A stretch of 64,000 bases of DNA from Candidatus Woesearchaeota archaeon CG10_big_fil_rev_8_21_14_0_10_45_16 (GTDB lineage Archaea > Nanobdellota > Nanobdellia > Woesearchaeales > GW2011-AR9): assembly GCA_002762785.1 (NCBI GenBank), contig PCXY01000005.1:188796-252795 (forward strand). Direction: 5' to 3'. The position numbers were made by a program, and so were the translations under genes. Shown here in pieces: positions 18,842 to 27,418 of the stretch; position 1 is the stretch's first letter, and each line of letters begins with the position of its first letter. Below the pieces are notes generated by a model that ran no database searches, was not told the DNA's origin, and saw only the letters and a list, made by a program, of their open reading frames with translations.

Positions 18842-20017
18842 ATGCTTATGAAAACGGTGGTCGTATCAGGATACTTTAACCCTATCCATAGAGGTCATGT
18901 CTCTTTATTCAAAGAAGCCCGTAAATTAGGCGAAAAGTTGATCGTCATCGTCAACAATGATAAACAGGTTCTGATAAAAGGTTCTCAAGCTTTCATGGAT
19001 GAAGAAGAGAGGAAATACATCCTCGAATCCATCCGTTATGTGGATGAAGTGGTCGTTTCCATCGATGAGGACGGCACCCAATGCAGGACTTTAGAGATGC
19101 TCAAGCCCGATATCTTTGCCAACGGCGGAGACAGGAAAAATACCAGTGATATCCCGGAAGCCAAGGTCTGCGAAAGATTAGGCATCCAGATGATCTTCAA
19201 CGTCGGCGGCGACAAGACCCAGAGCAGCAGCTGGCTGTTAGGCAGTGTCAAAGGACCTTCAATTCTCGATGAATACGATCAGACCAAGCATGGTGACAAA
19301 AAAGTCCTGATCGCGGATGTGGACGAGACCATCTGCGAGACCTGTCAGGAGATATCATCGGAGATGGCGGTCGAGATAGATCGGTTGGTAAAACAAGGCT
19401 ATACCTGGGCCTTCATCAGCGGCACCAAAGTTGATGACTTGCAGAAGATGATCTCCTCCAAAGTGAAAGAAGAACATCATCTATTAGCGACGACCGGCAC
19501 CAATTATGTGAAAGTAACTCCTCAAGGAAATGATCTTATCTATCAACAATCTTTCTCCACTGAACAAAAGCAAGAGATCATGGCAGCGTTAGACAAGGTG
19601 ATCACCCATTTCGACATAAGGGCCATGACCACCAAAGAAGACCAGGTCCAAGATAGGGATTCACAGATCACCTTATCTGCTATCGGCAGAAATGCGCCTA
19701 TAGAACTAAAGAAACAATATGATCCAGATGGTGAGAAACGAAAAGTCTGGATAGGATATCTGCAAGATCTTCTTGGAGATAGATATGATTACAAGATCGG
19801 CGGTACTACCTCTTTAGACATCACCCAGAAAGGCTTAGACAAAGAATGGGGTATCAAAGAGTTTGCTAAACAGAACAACATCCTTTTGAAAGAGATTTTA
19901 TTCTTTGGTGACAAGATCTATCCCGGCGGCAACGATTACCCTGCTTCCAAGATAGTTGATTGCATCGCTGTCAAGAATCCGGAAGATACGTTAAGAGAGT
20001 TGAGGAAGATACCATGA
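18842..20017 (+). CDS. Bifunctional protein with an N-terminal RfaE-II/TagD-like nucleotidyltransferase domain (HxGH) and a C-terminal HAD-superfamily phosphatase domain
   Basis: The nucleotidyltransferase motif is 'VVSGYFNPIHRGHV'. HAD motif I is 'LIADVDETICET'. Confidence 0.6.
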   Translation: MLMKTVVVSGYFNPIHRGHVSLFKEARKLGEKLIVIVNNDKQVLIKGSQAFMDEEERKYILESIRYVDEVVVSIDEDGTQCRTLEMLKPDIFANGGDRKNTSDIPEAKVCERLGIQMIFNVGGDKTQSSSWLLGSVKGPSILDEYDQTKHGDKKVLIADVDETICETCQEISSEMAVEIDRLVKQGYTWAFISGTKVDDLQKMISSKVKEEHHLLATTGTNYVKVTPQGNDLIYQQSFSTEQKQEIMAALDKVITHFDIRAMTTKEDQVQDRDSQITLSAIGRNAPIELKKQYDPDGEKRKVWIGYLQDLLGDRYDYKIGGTTSLDITQKGLDKEWGIKEFAKQNNILLKEILFFGDKIYPGGNDYPASKIVDCIAVKNPEDTLRELRKIP

Positions 20018-20826
20018 AAGCAGGAATAGATTTTGGAAGCACCCTTGTAAAAGCCGTATGGAAAAGAGAGGGAAAATATGAATTCTTATCGACGGCTGAT
20101 GTTCCTTTGGATGAACTTGCCAGAAAGTTAAACGAAGGCGGCGTCACGCGTGTCAACCGGGCTGGAATTGGTTATTCAGACGACCTCGCTGAGCGCTTTA
20201 AAGGTTTTGAAGTAAAAACAGTAGATGGCGACCCCATAACATTAGAGAAAAGACTGCAAGTTAAAGGAGCTAAAGAATTGATGGAAGATGGCCCATCTAA
20301 CTTTGCCCTTGTATCTATCGGCACAGGAACATCATACACCTTAAGAAAATGGTGCCTTACTATCCCCATCCCGATTGGAAATTCGTTAAGCGGTGGTTTC
20401 CTTGAAGGGATAGGGAAGTCTTTAGGACTTGAAGATTACCAGGAGATGTCAAGACTAGCTTCGAAAGGGACACCTCTTAACATTTATGTTAGAGATGCAT
20501 TGCCTCATACTGAAGGCACCGTGGTTGGGGACTACGTCATCGCTCATTTCGCCAAGGCAGATAAAGACTCAACACCTCAAGATGTCCTGGCCACTGCAAT
20601 TGATGTCATCGGCGCCACCACCGTCAAAGATCTCGCTTTGCTTTCAGCCGCTTCAAGACTATTTAAGTGGACTGACGATATAGTTTATGTAGGTTCAACT
20701 ATCTCTAGATTTCCTACATTACGGGATTCATTGACCAAATATACTGCAATGCTAGGCAGGAAACCGCACTTCCCAGAGCATGGAGAATTTGCGCTGGCAA
20801 TGGGCGCTTATCATATGATGGAGTAG
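20014..20826 (+). CDS. ASKHA-fold kinase resembling type II pantothenate kinase (fumble family)
   Basis: The motifs 'MKAGIDFGSTLVKAV', 'SIGTGTSYTL' and 'GNSLSGGFLEG' resemble fumble glycine-rich motifs. The ATG overlaps the upstream stop as ATGA. Confidence 0.5.
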   Translation: MKAGIDFGSTLVKAVWKREGKYEFLSTADVPLDELARKLNEGGVTRVNRAGIGYSDDLAERFKGFEVKTVDGDPITLEKRLQVKGAKELMEDGPSNFALVSIGTGTSYTLRKWCLTIPIPIGNSLSGGFLEGIGKSLGLEDYQEMSRLASKGTPLNIYVRDALPHTEGTVVGDYVIAHFAKADKDSTPQDVLATAIDVIGATTVKDLALLSAASRLFKWTDDIVYVGSTISRFPTLRDSLTKYTAMLGRKPHFPEHGEFALAMGAYHMME

Positions 20827-20863
20827 GAGCATCTTTTTATACTATCAGTTATTCCCAAGAAGC

Positions 20864-21772
20864 ATGGACGAGGAGACTCTCAAGAAATGTATCAAAGCGG
20901 GAAAGATCGCTGCTCAGGTGCGAAGGGAAGGCGCTGAGAAGCTGGCCAAGCCAGGAACATCGTTCCTGGAAGTGATGGACCATTGCGAAAAAAGGATCCT
21001 GCAGCTAGGCGGTCAGATTGCCTGGGCCCAGATGGCTCTTAACGACGTCGCTGCTCATTTCTGCCCGGAAGAAGATGATGCTCAAGTTTCTAGAGAAGGC
21101 GACCTGATCAAGATCGACATCGGTGTCCACCAAGAGGGTTATATCGCCGATAATGCCATGACCGTGCAGGTAAAGACCAAAGAACATTCCGAACTTATCA
21201 AAGCCGCACAGAACGCCTTGAGATCGGCCGTAAAATTAGTAGAACCAGGACGACAGCTCTGGGAGTTAGGCGAAGCGCAGTATTCTGAAGCGGAAGCGTT
21301 AGGCTTTACAACAGTAAAAAACTTATCTGGCCATACCCTTGAACAGTATAAAGTTCACGCCGGCGTGTCCATCCCTGCTTTTAACACCAAAGAAAAAACC
21401 CAGCTGAAAGCAGGCTGGCAGATCGCCATCGAACCATTCGTCACGCCTGGACAAGGTCTTATCAAAGAGAAAGGAAAAGCTACTATCTTTATGGTCCATA
21501 AACAAGGCGGCGCCAGGACACCTTATGCCCGCAAGATATTGGACGAAGTGAAATCCCAGAATGGATTGCCATTTACCACTAGATGGCTCACCAGGAAATT
21601 CGGCAAAGGACCGACGGCGTTAGGCTTGCGCGAACTGGAAAGGACAGGCATCCTGCATAGTTATCCACCATTGGCAGAAGTATCTTCCGGCTTAGTATCA
21701 CAGTTTGAACATTCTATGATAGTTTCTGAGAAGACGAAAGTGTATACCAGACATGAAGACGATACGTGGTAG
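20864..21772 (+). CDS. map: Methionine aminopeptidase, type 2 (archaeal)
   Basis: The layout 'KAGKIAAQV ... DVAAHF ... IKIDIGVHQEGYIADNA ... SGHTL' matches the MAP2 fold at 302 aa. Confidence 0.85.
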   Translation: MDEETLKKCIKAGKIAAQVRREGAEKLAKPGTSFLEVMDHCEKRILQLGGQIAWAQMALNDVAAHFCPEEDDAQVSREGDLIKIDIGVHQEGYIADNAMTVQVKTKEHSELIKAAQNALRSAVKLVEPGRQLWELGEAQYSEAEALGFTTVKNLSGHTLEQYKVHAGVSIPAFNTKEKTQLKAGWQIAIEPFVTPGQGLIKEKGKATIFMVHKQGGARTPYARKILDEVKSQNGLPFTTRWLTRKFGKGPTALGLRELERTGILHSYPPLAEVSSGLVSQFEHSMIVSEKTKVYTRHEDDTW

Positions 21773-21820
21773 ACGTGAGATATATTGAGGGGTGCTTAAT
21801 GATTACCCTTCATTAAAGAA

Positions 21821-22120
21821 CTAAACAAAAATAAGTATTGATTGAATTACTTTAAAAGCATTCTTTGTATTGACGCAATCAGTAAGATAAGATTTTCCAT
21901 CAGCAGACACCAATTTCAGTTGTCCGATTTTTGCGGACAACTCAAAACCTTCATCAGTAAGTCTATTTTTAAGATCAGACCAATACTTTCGAGCTCGATC
22001 GCTTTCGGTCAATGCCCCTACAATGTCAACTACAGAAAACCACCATTCATCATTAAACCAGGTTCTCCTAATAGCTTTATCTTGGAAAACAATTAACCCC
22101 TTTTTAGATTCCTCAACCAT
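21821..22120 (-). CDS. Bro-N domain protein, a truncated paralog of the DinD-like gene at 48089-48910
   Basis: The segment 'IRRTWFNDEWWFSVVDIVGALTESDRARKYW' closely matches 'IRKTWHKGEWWFSVVDVVGILSESDDARNYW' in the N-terminus of the 273-aa gene. Confidence 0.5.
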   Translation of the reverse strand: MVEESKKGLIVFQDKAIRRTWFNDEWWFSVVDIVGALTESDRARKYWSDLKNRLTDEGFELSAKIGQLKLVSADGKSYLTDCVNTKNAFKVIQSILIFV

Positions 22121-22206
22121 CTTTTATATTAAAATGACTTTGAATTTAAATAATTAGCTTTTATCTGGAGGTGAAACCAGACCATTCAATCTTGGCAGTA
22201 CCACTC

Positions 22207-23055
22207 TCAGAAAAAGAAAAACCTCTTACGGACAGCAGGAGGGATCTCTTCCTCTACCGCCAGCTCTAAACCGCCGGAGGCATCAGAGATTTTTGAAAGG
22301 CGACCTTCAGCAGATTCCGGCGCGACATGAAGACCTTGCGAGGATCTTTTACGCTTCGCGAACGCCTCCGGCGTATGGGCTGCCAGCAGGAAACGGCCGG
22401 AGATGCTAAGGTTGATATTGCCACCGGCGTTGGACCTGTTGCTAAGATCATTGACGCAGGCCGCCAAAACTGTATCTGTTTTAACTCTTGGGGGGGCAAA
22501 AAAAACCATCAGAGCGTCTGGCTTACCGCTCTCATGCCAAGTGATGTCACGAAATTGCCGCAATAGCGCCACGTCATCCTCCAACACAGCGCGCCAACCG
22601 GCATGGTCTTCAATCTTGGCGTATGGCAACGGCTCATTATAGATCCCTTCTGAACTATCAAGTGGAATGCCATCGACGGAAGAGTAAGGGATTTCAAAAA
22701 AAAAGCCTTTAAAATGCTTCGGAATCTTTATCAATGGGATACATTCTCGGGCAAATTGAAACTTTGTGCTATTCTCCTCATACGCAAAAGCACTGCACGT
22801 ATCGAGCCAGTCACCCCATAATCTCTTACGCTCTGCCTGGCTTTTATCGTAACGTTCATAATCATCGACCTTCGCTTCAACCGTCTCTTTGAAAGTCATA
22901 GCCCTGTAGATGCTGGAACCGTTAAGCAATTGCAATCTCGGCTGAGCAGTATTTTCATCTTTTATGCACTTCTCCCGCAAAGCATGAACCCCTAGGGCAT
23001 AGGTGCCCATCCTGGGAAGGGAGGTATATTCCTTGTCAAAGTCCGGAGTAACCAT
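22207..23055 (-). CDS. Hypothetical protein that looks GC-rich relative to its neighbours, with no recognised family
   Basis: This 282-aa ORF contains T8 and C7 homopolymer runs in the coding strand that encode 'FFAPP'. Confidence 0.5.
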   Translation of the reverse strand: MVTPDFDKEYTSLPRMGTYALGVHALREKCIKDENTAQPRLQLLNGSSIYRAMTFKETVEAKVDDYERYDKSQAERKRLWGDWLDTCSAFAYEENSTKFQFARECIPLIKIPKHFKGFFFEIPYSSVDGIPLDSSEGIYNEPLPYAKIEDHAGWRAVLEDDVALLRQFRDITWHESGKPDALMVFFAPPRVKTDTVLAACVNDLSNRSNAGGNINLSISGRFLLAAHTPEAFAKRKRSSQGLHVAPESAEGRLSKISDASGGLELAVEEEIPPAVRKRFFFF

Positions 23056-23117
23056 AATGAGCTTAATAGAATAGCTACTTTATAAATTTTGCCACTATTT
23101 AGTGACACTGCTCAGAG

Positions 23118-23279
23118 TTACGGTTTCTTCAATCTTGGCAGCACCCAATAGGCAAACACGGCAGCCACCACGATCACGCTCCAGAAGACGATATCTGGAA
23201 TCAAGCGTAATGCAAAAAGGATCAGATTAGCGATAATGACGATCAAAAAAAAGATGCCGATAACTTTAGCCGGTTTCAT
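23118..23279 (-). CDS. Putative 53-aa two-TM membrane peptide translationally coupled to hisS
   Basis: Its ATG overlaps the hisS stop as ATGA. The hydrophobic sequence is 'MKPAKVIGIFFLIVIIANLILFALRLIPDIVFWSVIVVAAVFAYWVLPRLKKP'. It is absent from the ORF track because it is shorter than 60 aa. Confidence 0.3.
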   Translation of the reverse strand: MKPAKVIGIFFLIVIIANLILFALRLIPDIVFWSVIVVAAVFAYWVLPRLKKP

Positions 23280-24607
23280 CCTAGTCTCTTGATAACGTCT
23301 TTAACGCTCAACACTTGTTCAGTGCCGTCAGTCATGTTCCGGAGTACAACTTTCTTCTTCTTCAGCTCGTCTTCACCGAGGATGAGGGCATAAGGGATGC
23401 CGACAGAACCGGCATATTCCAGATTCTTGCTGACGCCTTTCCTGAAGGCAAAGTCAACATTGATACCGGCTTCCCGTAGTTCCTTCGCCATCTTTAACGA
23501 TTCAGTCATCGTATTGATAGGGATCACATACACTTGAGCTGTTGTCCTTTTCTGAAAACCTTCCTTCTCCTTCAACACTTCCATCAGTGGAACCAGACCG
23601 AAAGCGATACCTACTGCCGGTGTATCTCGGCCGGAGAACTTGCCGATCATGTCATCCCATCTGCCGCCGGCTGCCAGAGAAGAGGTGATGGAACTCTTCT
23701 TGGCAAAGGCTTCATAGACCGTACCAGTGTAATAGGCTAATCCTCTAGCAAGAGAAACATCAAACTTGACAGTTGAAACTCCCATCACTTTCAGATACGA
23801 GAACAGTTCTTCCATCTCAGCAATACCTTGCTGCGCTTCTTCATTCTTGATCTTTTTTAAAGTCTTGAGAGTAGCTTTCTCGGTAACATAGGAAAACAGC
23901 GCATCGGTCTGTTTCTTAGAATAACCACGCTGTTTCAGCTCTTCAGAAACACCGCCCTTACCGATCTTGTCTAACTTGTCGATGGCGACGATGGCCGACC
24001 CTTTATCTTTTATCCCGGCTTCCTCAAGAATACCATTTAAGATCATTCTATTATTTACCTTGATGACAACATCCATGCTCAGATCATTGAAGACCTTTTC
24101 AGCTATCGCCAGCAGTTCCGCTTCCGCCAGCATCGACTTTACGCCGATAGTGTCAGCATCACACTGCCAGAACTGCCGCACCCGGCCTTTCTTGATCGGC
24201 CCGTCTCTGAAGACCGGACCCATCTCATACCTCTTGAACGGTAATTTCAGCATCGGATTAGCAGCCATATATCTTGCTAACGGAACCGTCAGGTCGAAAC
24301 GCAATCCTAATTTCCGGTTGCCTTGATCCTTCAGCTTGAAGATCTCTTTCAGAGCGTCGGAAGATTCACCGGCAGCAAATTTAGCAGCCAGGGTTTCATA
24401 GCGTTCGATGATCGGTGTCTCCAACGGCGCGAAGCCATACGATTCAAAAGCCGATCTGATGGTGTTCACTACTTTGTTCTGCATGATCTTCTCTTCCGGC
24501 GAGATGTCTGAAACCCCCTTAGCTGTCTGAAAGTCCATTTTCCTATCCTCGATGATTGTTTTGGTGTTTATAAGGTTTTTTCCGTCAAGTTTCATTTTTA
24601 CCTCCAT
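23276..24607 (-). CDS. hisS: Histidyl-tRNA synthetase
   Basis: Class II aaRS motifs with HisRS-specific 'AAGGRWD' are present, as is a C-terminal anticodon-binding domain. An alternative start lies 4 codons in at 24595. Confidence 0.85.
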   Translation of the reverse strand: MEVKMKLDGKNLINTKTIIEDRKMDFQTAKGVSDISPEEKIMQNKVVNTIRSAFESYGFAPLETPIIERYETLAAKFAAGESSDALKEIFKLKDQGNRKLGLRFDLTVPLARYMAANPMLKLPFKRYEMGPVFRDGPIKKGRVRQFWQCDADTIGVKSMLAEAELLAIAEKVFNDLSMDVVIKVNNRMILNGILEEAGIKDKGSAIVAIDKLDKIGKGGVSEELKQRGYSKKQTDALFSYVTEKATLKTLKKIKNEEAQQGIAEMEELFSYLKVMGVSTVKFDVSLARGLAYYTGTVYEAFAKKSSITSSLAAGGRWDDMIGKFSGRDTPAVGIAFGLVPLMEVLKEKEGFQKRTTAQVYVIPINTMTESLKMAKELREAGINVDFAFRKGVSKNLEYAGSVGIPYALILGEDELKKKKVVLRNMTDGTEQVLSVKDVIKRLG

Positions 24608-24832
24608 TTATACATCTCAACTATAGAACGATAGACCGCTCTCGCTGTATCTATATCTTCAGAAGAGATTACGCCCATCTTATAGGCTCTTTCCATCTCT
24701 AATAATTTTTCTAAGTTATCTTCGATAGGACTGCTGGCGATGAACACCCTGGCTGTTCCCGCTATAGCTAGTTTGACTTCCTCTTTGTATTACATTTTTA
24801 TTTTCCATCTTTCATATCTCCCTGCTTAGAGC

Positions 24833-24895
24833 CCAGGCGGCTTTGAAGGCCTGCCGAGGAGAATTGAACTCCTGTCTCTTGAGTCACAGTCAAGA
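24833..24895. other. Three consecutive perfect stem-loops in the hisS upstream region, with unknown function
   Basis: The hairpins are 'caggc...gcctg', 'aggag aattgaa ctcct' and 'tcttga gtcacag tcaaga', with stems of 5, 5 and 6 bp. Confidence 0.3.
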
Positions 24896-25072
24896 ATCTT
24901 ACCATTAGAAGACGGCAAGCATAAGAAACGATGTGTGGGCTTTCGCCTAACGATGATGCAGAGAACTATCTATACTTTTCAAGACAGAGCAATAACTAGA
25001 AAAATCACCGACAATGAATACAATCAACTCGTGTCATAAGTATCTAAAAATAGTATTTCATTAAAAATGTTT

Positions 25073-25756
25073 CTATAGATAACTGCGAAGATGCTTGCCC
25101 AAAGTCAAGAAACCGGCAGCGCTCATACCGTAAGCCACAGTATAAAGAATGTCCGCGACCACAAGGAATCCGATGTCGTAGATAACATCTCCCAAGAGGA
25201 TGCCCAAGCTGGCGAAAAAGAAGATAGACAGAGGCTTGCTGATCGGACCAAGCTCTTTTGAAAAGATGAACGAACAGCTGGCCAGGGCTACGATCAATGA
25301 ACTGACTATCGGATAGAGATACAAGAAGAACGATTCAAGCGGACTTACGACACTGAACAAGATATAGGCAGAGATACCCAACAATACGGCAGCGATGCCA
25401 AAGATAGCCAGGATCTTCTGAAAGTTAGACGTACGCCTGAACAAAACGATCACCAAAGCCAGGAAAGAGAGGATGATGAAAAACGCTCCTGCTGTCCAGT
25501 AGACGTCGCCGATACCGACAAGACCGGTGCTGTTAAGGACGTTGATGTCCAGGAAATACGAGACTTCACCCAAGGCGTAAAGGAAATATCCTGAGACCAA
25601 GAAAAACAAGATGAAATAATTGGCGTCATCAAAAAGAGTCTTTAGCTTGTTGTTGAAAAGATGGGCCAAAGTGACAACTCCAGCTACAGCGGCCAAGCCC
25701 GCAAGAATCACTGCCAGATAAGCAAATATAGTGCTTAGATCCATCACCATGAACAT
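25073..25756 (-). CDS. Polytopic membrane protein of unknown function
   Basis: This 227-aa protein has 6 or more hydrophobic helices and matches no recognisable family. Confidence 0.45.
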   Translation of the reverse strand: MFMVMDLSTIFAYLAVILAGLAAVAGVVTLAHLFNNKLKTLFDDANYFILFFLVSGYFLYALGEVSYFLDINVLNSTGLVGIGDVYWTAGAFFIILSFLALVIVLFRRTSNFQKILAIFGIAAVLLGISAYILFSVVSPLESFFLYLYPIVSSLIVALASCSFIFSKELGPISKPLSIFFFASLGILLGDVIYDIGFLVVADILYTVAYGMSAAGFLTLGKHLRSYL

Positions 25757-25810
25757 AAAGGAAAGAAAACCAGTATTTAAAACATTCGTTTACAGGATAG
25801 AGATAAAGAG

Positions 25811-25898
25811 GGCAGCTGGGGGGAATCGAACCCCCTCCACAGGTTTGCTGCAACCTAACTCCACAGACCCGTATACTAGCCGTTATACTACAGCCGCC
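25811..25898 (-). tRNA. tRNA-His (anticodon GUG) with a genomically encoded G-1 and a 15-nt intron after position 37
   Basis: The T-arm 'GGGGG TTCGATT CCCCC' is intact and the acceptor stem GCGGCTG pairs with CAGCTGC. G-1 opposes the C73 discriminator, which is the His identity element. The anticodon loop reads 'CTGTGGA', and the 3' half 'ACCTG' pairs with 'CGGGT' after removal of 'AGTTAGGTTGCAGCA' (about 25846-25860). CCA is not encoded. Confidence 0.65.
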
Positions 25899-25943
25899 AT
25901 AGGAACATTTTTCAGATAAACTTATTTAAATCTTTCGTGGGAG

Positions 25944-27377
25944 TCAGATCACCAGCACTTTCTGCTCTCTGACCACTTTCAGGCTCAGTCTCTTAGTATA
26001 ACCAAGGAACTCGCCACCAGCCTGCAAAGGAAACGGCTTCTTGGCAGTGATCTCGATCTTCCTGCCGTGGACCAACACCAGCGGGGCTATCTTTAGACCG
26101 AAACTAGGCAGTATCAATGACCAAAGGCGCACCAGCTTGTTGGACACAGAAAGGTGAGTATTGATGCAGGCTGCCGCATAGATCTGCTTCTCAGCAGGCC
26201 GCATTCGCCCAGGATACCAACGCAGACCGAAACCGTAATAGGGATGGGTGCCCAGGATGACATTGACTACATTGTTCCAATTCTGCTTCCTGCCATCGAC
26301 CTTACAGACAAAATCATATCTCCCCGGAGCGTGCCACAAAGCTTTCCAGCTGCCACGCATGTAATCAAGGAACCCGTTCTGCGACCTTCTGACCCCGAAG
26401 CGGATGACGTCAGCATCGATGCCGATGGAAAGGAACGTCGTCTGTCTTTTGCCACGATCCCATTCGATCTCAGCGACGTTAAGAACATCTTCTTGGAACC
26501 TGAAACGAGAGCGAAGGTATTCGAAACGCTTTCCTTTATAGAAGTAAGAATAATAGGCATTTCCTGCCCCTAGAGGAAAGAAACCCAGAAAATTCTTCTG
26601 CAGCGGCTTATGGTTAAGAGCGCTTTCAAACGAACCGTCGCCGCCAGCGATGATCACATGCGGTGTCGTCTTTTTCTCAACACCTTTGAACATATCACTT
26701 TTTTTAGACAGGAACAATAAAGAAGCATTCCTTCTCCGTGAGAACAGGTAAAGAAGCCTTCTCCGATACCCGTCATGGAAACCGCGGGAACGGTTGTTGG
26801 CCAGGATCGTCAACGGCACTTTAAGAGCAACTTTTCCATGACGTCTTTGACTCAGAGCTTTACCATAACCATGAAAGTAATAGATGATCGATGAAAGAGC
26901 GACTATCAGGGCGACGATGATCACGATGTCTTGCAGCAGTATCAAAAAGGAAAGAGCCGGCCTTTGATCTTGCATCAAGTACTGGTTAAAGAAAATCAGT
27001 ATCAGTATCAAGTATTGAAAACCCACTAAAACTTTCCCATAGATCTCTCCAGGAACCTCTACATCTTCCTGGCCGGCCAGCCAGCGGATGACACCGACAA
27101 AAACGTCGCGGAAAGCGAAGAACAACAGAAAATATACTGAAAAATGTCCTAAAGCCGTGAACGTTGTCAGTAGACCGATCACCAGCAGCTTATCGGCAAA
27201 CGGATCGTAGAAAGAACCTACATCATGGGTAAAGATGAGGTTATCGATGACATCGGACAGGACGGCTAGGAGCATGATAGCCAAAGCCAGCAAAGAAGAC
27301 AGTGGCGTCTGTTGCAGCACCAGATATATCAATAAAGGCAAGGCCAGGAAACGGAATGCCGTGATGATCGATGCCAT
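25944..27377 (-). CDS. Fusion of an N-terminal divergent CDP-alcohol phosphatidyltransferase-like membrane domain with a C-terminal diacylglycerol/lipid kinase catalytic domain
   Basis: The N-terminal TM region carries 'SDVIDN...DPFADK'. The C-terminal DAGK_cat motif is 'VIIAGGDGSFESALN'. Confidence 0.55.
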   Translation of the reverse strand: MASIITAFRFLALPLLIYLVLQQTPLSSLLALAIMLLAVLSDVIDNLIFTHDVGSFYDPFADKLLVIGLLTTFTALGHFSVYFLLFFAFRDVFVGVIRWLAGQEDVEVPGEIYGKVLVGFQYLILILIFFNQYLMQDQRPALSFLILLQDIVIIVALIVALSSIIYYFHGYGKALSQRRHGKVALKVPLTILANNRSRGFHDGYRRRLLYLFSRRRNASLLFLSKKSDMFKGVEKKTTPHVIIAGGDGSFESALNHKPLQKNFLGFFPLGAGNAYYSYFYKGKRFEYLRSRFRFQEDVLNVAEIEWDRGKRQTTFLSIGIDADVIRFGVRRSQNGFLDYMRGSWKALWHAPGRYDFVCKVDGRKQNWNNVVNVILGTHPYYGFGLRWYPGRMRPAEKQIYAAACINTHLSVSNKLVRLWSLILPSFGLKIAPLVLVHGRKIEITAKKPFPLQAGGEFLGYTKRLSLKVVREQKVLVI

Positions 27378-27418
27378 GACATCTCAGAAAATAATCTTGC
27401 TTAAAAATGTTTCAGTTC

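Noticed and set aside
22207-23055. I considered calling several apparently GC-rich genes (3582-4568, 22207-23055, 56468-57688, 60960-62297) horizontally transferred.
   Set aside because: The thermosome and r-protein genes also look GC-richer than average, so elevated GC may track expression level or amino-acid usage. It was kept only as a weak supporting observation.
25811-25898. I considered an alternative reading of the tRNA as a class II (long variable arm) tRNA with no intron.
   Set aside because: No canonical 7-nt anticodon loop with U33 can be formed without removing 15 nt. Intron removal, by contrast, yields a perfect His anticodon loop 'CUGUGGA' with G-1/C73 identity elements.
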